In this document: positions 25,137 to 35,700 of the stretch, piece by piece
How the letters are laid out: each line of letters begins with the position of its first letter
How positions within the stretch are numbered: position 1 is the stretch's first letter
Assembly (NCBI GenBank): GCA_950097015.1
Contig: CATNEN010000007.1
Span: 13,206,001-13,270,000, forward strand
Source of the DNA: Macrostomum hystrix
Taxonomy: Eukaryota > Animalia > Platyhelminthes
Length of the DNA: 64,000 bases
Direction: 5' to 3'
The notes under the pieces: generated by a model
Databases searched by the model: none
Told to the model about the DNA's origin: nothing
What the model saw: only the letters and a program-made list of their open reading frames with translations
Made by a program: the position numbers and the translations under genes

Positions 25137-25622
25137 GTCAGAGTATTGATGTGAGACGTGAGCTCAACATTTTCTGGGAATTTGAGTTTGATTAGGGTGT
25201 GGATTCTGGTGGCAACGTATGGAATGGATTATGCGACACGGGAAGAACCGTCCATGGCCATGAATCGAAGTTGTAATAGTTTCAAATCGAGGAGCGCAGT
25301 TTATTTTGTTTTAATACTAAGTACACACGACATCCTGCAAATGAAGTAATTACAGACAGCCAACATGATGATTATAAAAAATAACATTACCGCTACATGG
25401 GAAAACGTGACTAATAATTGGGCATAATTAAGCATCCTCTTAATTCGTGCTGCAGTGTAAAAAAGTTAGTTTAAAGCAACAGAAAACTGTATCCAGACAG
25501 CGATATAACAGGAAATGTGAATCGGGAGACTCTTGACGCATTGGGCTTCAATGTCTACTGAGAGCGGTGCTAGGGAAGTGTGTATGAGCAGGGAGCGTGC
25601 TATGAGAAGAAAGGAAACAGAG

Positions 25623-28352
25623 TCAGTGGTAATTGAGCTGCGAATAGGGTAGCAGCGCGATTTTACCAGCCGTCAATACACACGATCCGACAATATCACG
25701 CACAGGCACACGGGATGCGTTCCAGGTTGTCGCAGGGCCGAACGGATTGCCCAGAAGCCGGCGCACGTGAGCGAAGCGACAACCGCGCTCTTCTGTCGTC
25801 GCACGCACACGACACAGCGACTCTAGTGGATCGAAATTGTCGTCTTCTACGGGGAGTATGTCGACCGTCATCTCCACGTCCTCACCGTCGACATTGATAG
25901 CAGCCACACGTGCAAATGCGAACGATGTCTGGTCAAACTGTCGTTTAATGGCTACAAAGCTGCTGCACGATCGTCTGCACTTCTCGTTGTCCGCATCCAA
26001 TTCTGGATTGAAGACTTCGACCTCGAAGCCGGACTGCAGTGTGGCTGTCTGCCAGCCATCGACCATATGTTTAGGTCGCTTCAGAACAACATTGCCGCAG
26101 ACGATTGACTCTGTGAGCATCGCACGCATCTGGCCACCGAGTTCTGCATTGTCGCCAAAAGTAGAGGCCTGCGCCTGAATGGCCTGCGTCGAACGTGCAT
26201 TGACTCAAAGAGACCAGCCGACAGCCTGTGCAGTGGCCCGGCGAGCAACACGGAGGGCAGCATATGGCAACAAACTTGATGCGCATTGTAAGTCAGGGCT
26301 CTTAGAGAGTACAACCGCGGCAAGTTGGCATGGAAATGCCTGAGAGACGTCTCCACGTGACGCAGCTCGGACTTCGGCGCGCTATCAAGGCACATCCAGA
26401 AGACGGCAGAGGACAGGATCAGCAGGTGCCAATAGTGTTCGTCGGGGAGAAACTCCTCGAGAACTAAAGGTGCGTAGGCCAGAATGTAGATAGCCAGTTC
26501 GTGACCCCGAAGGTGCCGGACGTCAGTCAGTCCTCGGACATTATGGCGCTGAACACAGCGGGGCACTCGAATGAGATCCATTCTCGTCTTAATGACCCTT
26601 ATGCGAGCATGCAAATCGGGACAATTAGTCGGACCCTTGTCTGGTTTTTCAGCGCGCACAAGGAATAGTTGAAATAGCATGTAGCGCACAAGACCAGAGC
26701 AGAGACCACATGGCGGGGTTCCCCGTATGATGTCGAAACCGTACAAGCGAGTAAGTGGCGAACATCCGCGCACGCCCAATGTATCGGTTAGAAACGTGCG
26801 TCCTTGCTGAGCATGATACTCAGCCAAATGCTGGGTGTCATGCGCCGAGCGTACTACCGTCTGTTCACAGCCTAGGCGACGCGCATCATTCTGCATAGCA
26901 GGCGTGATGTCAACGTCGTAGACGCGACCAGAGCGGGATGGGTGCAGAGCTGTTCGAATATAGCATTTGTCGCAGCCATACGTTGCGGAGAAACGTCTCA
27001 GACTCAGAGCGTCGGCACGCGCGGGTGCGTCAAACATAGCAATTAGTGTGTGTACACATAGACGCCGTCGAACGTTGTGGCTGTCGATGAACTGGATGCC
27101 ATCAATACGAAGAGCATTTAACTTATCCACCACGATCGGCATAAACGCCGCAGGATGTAGCTTCTTCTTTGAGACATAGGCGGCTACCTTCATCACAAAC
27201 CGCAGTTTAAATGGATCTGCTATTTCGTTTATGCTAAGGTAGACAGGGTAGACCTCAGTGCAGCTGGTCGTACGCAAGGGAAAGCCGTCTCCACAGATCA
27301 TTCCAGAGAGATCGCTGCGACTTCCCGGGTCTATGCCCTCAACAAAGACCTTATACAGTTCGCTGTTCACCATGTGGATTGTTTCGGTACTGACTTGCTG
27401 GTCAATAGGAAAGGTGGCATGCTCCAACAACTGGCGGTGCAATACCAGTGTCCGTAGCTGTCTCTGGACGTCGAAGTCCCAGAAGTTGCCGATGTTTACC
27501 GATCCACATTGGGGGCACTGATCCCGTTCGGAGTCGCATTGTTGGCCAGGAAAATTCGAGTGACAGTCGTTGCACACTGTCGAGCACCTCGAACTGTGCA
27601 TAACTGACTGCGCCGATGAAATGGCTTCGCGGGCTGCTCGACCACCTTTGGGCAACGCGTTTCCGGGAACCAAACGGTGCAGCAGACGCAAAATTCTGGT
27701 CACGCCACCACGGGATACTTTCAGGTCGGTGGCGCATGACAGGATCTCGCTAAGCGCCTCTCCAACGGTTCGTGGCAGTGCGGGATGCCAGGGACGCAGC
27801 AACTTGACATCGAGTGCATGTTCATCTTCGTGAGCAGCGTCGTCGCCTTCAAAGAGAAGAAATGTTGGTAGCGATTTTGTGCCTCATCGTATTCTGTCAC
27901 AGAGTGCTAATAATGGCCTGTTGTTACGTTGGTATACCACACTTACCAGTTTCACCGTCATCGGATTCGGAGTCGCCCTCCTCGGAGGTCTCGCTGCGCT
28001 TGTTAGCGTCGGCGTCATCGTCAGTGTCAGCGGGGCTGACATCAGAGTCGCCCTCGTCGGAGGTATCGCTGTGCCTGTCAGCGTCAGCGGGGCTGGCATC
28101 AGAGTCGCCCTCGTCGGAGGTATCGCTGTGCCTGTCAGCGTCAGCGGGGCTGGCATCAGAGTCGCCCTCGTCGGAGGTATCGCTGTGCCTGTCAGCGTCA
28201 GCGGGGCTGGCATCAGAGTCGCCCTCGTCGGATGTCCTCCTACGCCCGTCACCTAGAGGAGAGCGTGAGCATCTGTTAAGGCGAGCCTGAACGCGCTTGC
28301 GGTTCATGTACCTGCGCATGTAGAGGCGACGATGTAGGGACGAGTCTTGCAT
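25623..28352 (-). pseudogene. CACTA/EnSpm-type transposase; exon 28352-27947 spliced to 27846 onward, frameshift near 26195
   Basis: In-frame GTAAGT...AG intron 27946-27847. CxxC...CxxC, ICGDGFP, YPVYLSINE, FDAPARA, YGCDKC, LGVRGCSPL, YNAHQ..H, GPL...S..LFES motifs. The C-terminus continues in the shifted ORF 25623-26129. Confidence 0.85.
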
Positions 28353-29217
28353 TGCCTTTTTATTTCTTTTACTCCGGCAGCTGATTTCTTGGTATACGCT
28401 GAAACATGTTATTATACATAGATTTCTAAGACGGAATACTAGACTTGTAAAAAATTGTAATGCTCTAAGCTGTACCCTTAGGTTGGTACCCTGAAACCTT
28501 TTTATCTGTTCATACCCATGTCTTTATAGCCACAATTTGGAGATTAAGCGTATATCTAGGTGACTGAGAAAGGAAGCGAATAATACGAATTTTTGCTAGT
28601 CACTGTGATTACAGAGACTATAGTGATGAAATTTTTCACAGCGTTTAAATTTATTTGTGATTAAATTTATGACAGCCATTACAGTGATTACATTTTGTGA
28701 CACTGATGAGGCGGATGGTTTTACGGGACAGGAATTAGACGCATCTAAAATGTAGTCCTTTAGCCATAGTTATATTTGGCTGTTCACCACGGACATCAGT
28801 TTGTGATTAAATCATTCTGCTGTACAGCATTGCTTAACAGGGATTACTGCCGCTCTTCGTCCGGTTCCCGCTCCTGCTTTTATCCGGTTGAGTGCGTACG
28901 AATCACCGGAAGAGAAAGCGGACCACTTTCCGGGCAAAATTCGATCTTCATCCGGAGTTAATCCGGATCTGAGCCCGGTTCTTGTACGTTTTTTGGACAG
29001 ACAAGCAACCGGAAAAAAATTCGGATGAAAACCGGACTAAAATCACTAACATTAGGCCACTTTATCCGGTTTTGGTCCGTAAAGTGGTCCGCTTATTTGC
29101 CGGATACTTAAAACCGGAGCGAAACCGGACGAAATTCTGGTTCATCCGGAAATACCCCCCAAAACGGATTATTCCGGACCAAATCCGGATGAAATCCGGA
29201 CCAAAAAGCCAGGCGGG

Positions 29218-29520
29218 AGACACACACACACACACACACACACAGATAACATATGCAGGCAAACACTGAGATGCAAATCTGTCCTAATTTTCTCATCATC
29301 AGGCAGTGTAAACTCAGGCACTCTCACTCTGCTTAGAGGTTGGCCCTCAATGGCATAAATTGCATAGACACACATACACACACACACACACACACACAGA
29401 GATAACATATGCAGGCAAACACTGAGATGCAAATCTGTCCTAGTTTTCTCATCATCAGGCAGTGTAAACTCAGGCACTCTCACTCTGCTTAGAGGTTGGC
29501 CCTCAATGGCATAAATTGCA
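29218..29520. repeat. ~150-bp (AC)n-containing tandem repeat, copies 3-4
   Basis: Same unit as 20634-20960. Confidence 0.93.
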
Positions 29521-29750
29521 GGACAAGCCCCCCAAGCATTTGTCCACAGCTGTGCCGCAAATTAATTTTGCCCCACTGTGAAATCAAGTTCTGAAATCAC
29601 AGGGAGGAAAAGGAAAAGAGGAAAGGGCATTAACCACTTTGACACTCACCCTTAGAATGCACATATATAATCATAGACATTGTATATTTTATAATATTTT
29701 TACATTTATATATGCATATACTTCGCTTTTAATTGTCCTTCTCTCTGCAG

Positions 29751-32700
29751 GAGCTGATGGTTTCATAAAAATTGGCAATGTCATTAAAACAATCAAGGCC
29801 AGCAAAGCACCCTATCTTATTCCACTTAACTATTGTGAGTTTCATTTTTAAGGTTCAAATATTTACTTCTATGAATATAGAGTTTCTATAAAAAATAAAA
29901 CTGAATGGACCCACAAATAACACATATTCTAATGGGCTATTTCAGTACCAGAGCCACTTTCAACCAGTCTAAGTAATCACTTACAATGGATTCTGCAAAA
30001 AGTAAGTGTGTATTCTACTGTTCTAGTATAGAATGCTTATTGTTTGAAGTCATGCATTTTTTTTGTATTTTCTGCAAAGGCATAACATTATACTTTAAAG
30101 GACGTGCTCGGACAGGATGTGTTTTTAATGGGTCCACCTGGAAAGGGCAGGCGGCAACTGGCACTGATGTATTCTGTGAGTACTGACTTCATGCCATGTA
30201 TAATTGCTAGCTGATGATTCCATGAGTAAGTGCTAGCTGATGATTCCATGAGTAAGTGCTAGCTGATGATTCCATGAGTAAGTGCTAGCTGATGATTCCA
30301 TGAGTAAGTGCTAGCTGATGATTCCATGAGTAAGTGCTAGCTGATGATTTCATGAGTAAGTGCTAGCTGATGATTCCATGAGTAAGTGCTAGCTGATGAT
30401 TCCATGAGTAAGTGCTAGCTGATGATTCCATGAGTAAGTGCTAGCTGATGATTCCATGTGTAAGTGCCAGCTGATGATTCCATGAGTAAGTGCTAGCTGA
30501 TGATTCCATGAGTAAGTGCTAGCTGATGATTCCATGAGTAAGTGCTAGCTGATGATTCCACGAGTAAGTGCTAGCTAATGATTCCATGAGTAAGTGCTAG
30601 CTAATGATTCCATGAGTAAGTGCTAGCTGATGATTCCATGAGTAAGATGCTAAAATTCCGGCCGATCCGTAGGAGCTTACGCACCAGGAGGTGGAATACA
30701 TCAGCCTTTCCCGTGACGTAACTGAGTCTGACCTAAAACAGAGGCGCGAAATCCGCTCGGGCAGCGCTGTTTACGCCGATGAGTGCGCGGTGCGGGCTGC
30801 CCTCAAGGGCCGCCTGCTGATCCTGGATGGTCTCGAGAAGGCCGAAAGGAACGTACTGCCTGTGCTAAACAATCTGCTAGAGAACAGAGAGGTGCAGTTG
30901 GAGGATGGCCGCTTCATCATGCACCCGACCCGGTTCGACTTCCTCTTGAGCAAGCACGGTAGCGACACCATGCGCGAGTGGTGCCTGCTACGATGCTCGC
31001 CTGACTTCCGGTGAGTCACTTGAAGGACCTTATGCTTCCAGTAGTGACCCACCCTACTCAGGTCTCTCGTCTTCCTCAGTTGTGACCCACCCTACTCAGG
31101 TCTCCCCTCTTCCTCAGTAGTGACCCACCCTACTCAGGTCTCCCCTCTTCCTCAGTAGTGACCCACCCTACTCAGGTCTCTCGTCTTCCTCAGTAGTGAC
31201 CCACCCTACTCAGGTCGCTTCTCTTCCTCAGTTGTGACCCACCCTACTCAGGTCTCCCTTCTTCCTCAGTTGTGACCCACCCTACTCAGGTCTCCCCTCT
31301 TCCTCAGTAGTGACCCACCCTACTCAGGTCTCTCGTCTTCCTCAGTAGTGACCCACCCTACTCAGGTCGCTTCTCTTCCTCAGTTGTGACCCACCCTACT
31401 CAGGTCTCCCCTCTTCCTCAGTAGTGACCCACCCTACTCAGGTCTCCCCTCTTCCTCAGTAGTGACCCACCCTACTCAGGTCTCCCCTCTTCCTCACTTG
31501 TGACCCACCCTACTCAGATCGCTTCTCTTCCTCAGTAGTGACCCACCCTACTCAGGTCTCTCGTCTTCCTCAGTTGTGACCCACCCTACTCAGGTCTCCC
31601 CTCTTCCTCAGTTGTGACCCACCCTACTCAGGTCTCCCCTCTTCCTCAGTTGTGACCCACCCTACTCAGGTCTCCCCTCTTCCTCAGTAGTGACCCACCC
31701 TACTCAGGTCTCCCCTCTTCCTCAGTTGTGACCCACCCTACTCAGGTCGCTTCTCTTCCTCAGTTGTGACCCACCCTACTCAGGTCTCTCGTCTTCCTCA
31801 GTAGTGACCCACCCTACTCAGGTCGCTTCTCTTCCTCAGTTGTGACCCACCCTACTCAGGTCGCTTCTCTTCCTCAGTTGTGACCCACCCTACTCAGGTC
31901 TCTCGTCTTCCTCAGTAGTGACCCACCCTACTCAGGTCGCTTCTCTTCCTCAGTTGTGACCCACCCTACTCAGGTCTCCCCTCTTCCTCAGTAGTGACCC
32001 ACCCTACTCAGGTCGCTTCTCTTCCTCAGTTGTGACCCACTGTGGTGACTGCGTTTCGCTTTCAGTGCAGAGTGGGGGATTGAGGGTGTTATTTCTCTCT
32101 CTCTCTCTCGGAATGTTCTCGCGCATGTGCGTACTCTGGAGCGCGTGCACGCCCAGAGGTAGCGGCTGATTGGTCAGTCTAGTCAGGCTGGAAAATACAC
32201 TTGTATTTATTGAGAGAGCTAGGCTTAATTGGCCTGCTCTAAAAATCTTTTCTCTCTGCAAGCCACGCTGATTTCATTACACCCACCCTACTCAAGTCTT
32301 TCCTTCTCTTCCTCAGTAGTGACCCACCCTACTCAACTCTTTCCTTCTCTTCCTCAGTAGTGACCCACCCTACTCAACTCTTTCCTTCTCTTCCTCAGTA
32401 GTGACCCACCCTACTCAGGTCTCCCCTCTTCCTCAGTTGTGACCCACCCTACTCGGTCGCTTCTCTTCCTCAGTTGTGACCCACCCTACTCAGGTCTCTC
32501 GTCTTCCTCAGTAGTGACCCACCCTACTCAGGTCTCCCCTCTTCCTCACTTGTGACCCACCCTACTCAGATCGCTTCTCTTCCTCAGTAGTGACCCACCC
32601 TACTCAGGTCTCTCGTCTTCCTCAGTTGTGACCCACCCTACTCAGGTCTCCCCTCTTCCTCAGTTGTGACCCACCCTACTCAGGTCTCCCCTCTTCCTCA

Positions 32701-35700
32701 GTTGTGACCCACCCTACTCAGGTCTCCCCTCTTCCTCAGTAGTGACCCACCCTACTCAGGTCTCCCCTCTTCCTCAGTTGTGACCCACCCTACTCAGGTC
32801 GCTTCTCTTCCTCAGTTGTGACCCACCCTACTCAGGTCTCTCGTCTTCCTCAGTAGTGACCCACCCTACTCAGGTCGCTTCTCTTCCTCAGTTGTGACCC
32901 ACCCTACTCAGGTCGCTTCTCTTCCTCAGTTGTGACCCACCCTACTCAGGTCTCTCGTCTTCCTCAGTAGTGACCCACCCTACTCAGGTCGCTTCTCTTC
33001 CTCAGTTGTGACCCACCCTACTCAGGTCTCCCCTCTTCCTCAGTAGTGACCCACCCTACTCAGGTCGCTTCTCTTCCTCAGTTGTGACCCACTGTGGTGA
33101 CTGCGTTTCGCTTTCAGTGCAGAGTGGGGGATTGAGGGTGTTATTTCTCTCTCTCTCTCTCGGAATGTTCTCGCGCATGTGCGTACTCTGGAGCGCGTGC
33201 ACGCCCAGAGGTAGCGGCTGATTGGTCAGTCTAGTCAGGCTGGAAAATACACTTGTATTTATTGAGAGAGCTAGGCTTAATTGGCCTGCTCTAAAAATCT
33301 TTTCTCTCTGCAAGCCACGCTGATTTCATTACACCCACCCTACTCAAGTCTTTCCTTCTCTTCCTCAGTAGTGACCCACCCTACTCAACTCTTTCCTTCT
33401 CTTCCTCAGTAGTGACCCACCCTACTCAACTCTTTCCTTCTCTTCCTCAGTAGTGACCCACCCTACTCAAGTCTTTCCTTCTCTTCCTCAGCAGTGACCC
33501 AAACCTACTCAGGTCTGTCGTCTTCCTCAGTTGTGACCCACCCTACTCAAGTCTTTCCTTCTCTTCCTCAGCAGTGACCCAAACCTACTCAGGTCTGTCG
33601 TCTTCCTCAGTTGTGACCCACCCTACTCACCCTACTCAAGTCTTTCCTTCTATTCCTCAGTAGTGGCCCTCCCTTCTCAGATCTGTCTCTGTGTTGGGCT
33701 CCAAATGATATATCATTGACTCTGTGGCTCTGAAAATTTTAGTCAGAGATCACAGAGTATGTACTCAGTGCTCACTGTTTTTGCTGCGTTAGTTTAATCA
33801 GAGACCTATGGACTTTGACCTATTGCGTGACTGTCAGCCCAACCCCCACTATTTTGCAATGTGATAAGCGAACACTTTCAGGCTTGAGTGAGTAGGTATC
33901 TGCGTTGCACTTTGGATCCAAATTAGTAAAGACTAACTCTACTAGAAAAGCCATGTTGAGGAATTCGTGCAGTAACCAAATTACTTTTCTTTACGAAAGC
34001 TGCTTTGAAAATAGTGCTGAGGCAAATTGTAATTAAAGGTTTCCAAAATACTGACAGACACGTAAATTCCAGTACTGCACTTTCACTTCCACCAATTGCG
34101 TTAGTACGAGTGTTAGTGTACGATCTTTCCTATCTGTCCTAACCAATGCAATCGATATCCAATACACCCTAACTGATGCCACTGCTGAATGATATTCATT
34201 ATTGTTATTGGTTTATCCTAACCAATGCAATCGATATCCAATACACCCTAACTGATCCCACTGCTGAATGATATTCATTATTGTTATTGGTTTATCCTAA
34301 ACAATGCAATCGATATCCAATACACCCTAACTGATGCCACTGCCGACTGATATTCATCAAGCCTGTTCTTAACCAGTTGCACTGCCGACTGATATTCATC
34401 AAGCCTGTTCTTAACCAGTTACACTGCCGACTGATATTCATCAAGCCTGTTCTTAACCAGTTGCACTGCCGACTGATATTCATCAAGCCTGTTCTTAACC
34501 AGTTACACTGCCGACTGATATTCATCAAGCCTGTTCTTAACCAGTTGCACTGCCGACTGATATTAATCAAGCCTGTTCTTAACCAGTTACACTGCCGACT
34601 GATATTCATCAAGCCTGTTCTTAACCAGTTGCACTGCCGACTGATATTCATCAAGCCTGTTCTTAACCAGTTACACTGCCGACTGATATTAATCAAGCCT
34701 GTTCTTAACCAGTTACACTGCCGACTGATATTCATCAAGCCTGTTCTTAACCAGTTACACTGCCGACTGATATTAATCAAGCCTGTTCTTAACCAGTTAC
34801 ACTGCCGACTGATATTCATCAAGCCTGTTCTTAACCAGTTACACTGCCGACTGATATTCATCAAGCCTGTTCTTAACCAGTTACACTGCCGACTGATATT
34901 AATCAAGCCTGTTCTTAACCAGTTACACTGCCAACTGATATTAATCAAGCCTGTTCTTAACCAGTTGCACTGCCGACTGATATTAATCAAGCCTGTTCTT
35001 AACCAGTTACACTGCCGACTGATATTCATCAAGCCTGTTCTTAACCAGTTACACTGCCGACTGATATTCATCAAGCCTGTTCTTAACCAGTTGTACTGCT
35101 GACCCACAGCGTGATCGCCCTGGGTCTGCCTGTGCCTCGGTACTGCGGCAACCCACTGGACCCACCGCTCCGGTCGCGCTTTCAGTGTCGCCATGTTCGT
35201 TCCGAACCAGCTCTACCGGCAGATCGGCCTCCATCTGACAAGTTGCTGCAGCTGACATCTTTCGGTATGGCTGTCAACGCTGAGGAGGCCCGCAGCCTCG
35301 GCCTGCCGGATTTTCCTCTGGACAATCTGGCTGCTGTGGCCGAGCTATGGAAGCTTGTCCCGGCCATGCCAGTGCAGTACTGGCTGCAGCGGCTTTACCC
35401 ATTCGAAGGCGTGCTAAGTCGAGAGGCCGCGGATGCAGTCAAGCAGCTGGCCAAGGTAGCGAAAGAGCTTCTGCATTTTTCGTCAAATGTTTGCGCGCAA
35501 TATTAAACTCTTGTGTAAAACTGACAATTTGCGACAATCGCAAAGACCATCGACCAAACGCTGCTACCATTATCTGATTCTGCTCCCTTTCAGAAATTCG
35601 AGCTCCCAATTCAACTTGACCACGCCAGCCAGCTGTCATTAGTTGGTGTTGCAACCAGGCAATCAGCTGCAGGCGAAGCATTTGCGAGCATTCGTCTTGA

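Larger units (their letters stand above)
20961..29217 (-). mobile_element. CACTA/EnSpm (CMC superfamily) DNA transposon, 8257 bp, CCC...GGG ends
   Basis: TIR CCCGCCTGGC(C)TTTTT(A/G)GTCCGGA at both ends. 2-bp TSD AG (20959-20960, 29218-29219). Dense TCCGGA/ACCGGA subterminal repeats over ~400 bp at each end; internal CMC-type transposase. Confidence 0.92.
31044..33665. repeat. 38-bp intronic minisatellite (GTGACCCACCCTACTCAGGTCTCCCCTCTTCCTCAGTA), interrupted twice by a 241-bp insert
   Basis: Directly visible; 38-bp periodicity. Confidence 0.96.

Noticed and set aside
32041-33333. A full LTR/TRIM element with satellite interior
   Set aside because: Each LTR has its own CCCAC TSD, and there is no PBS or PPT; a duplicated solo LTR fits better.
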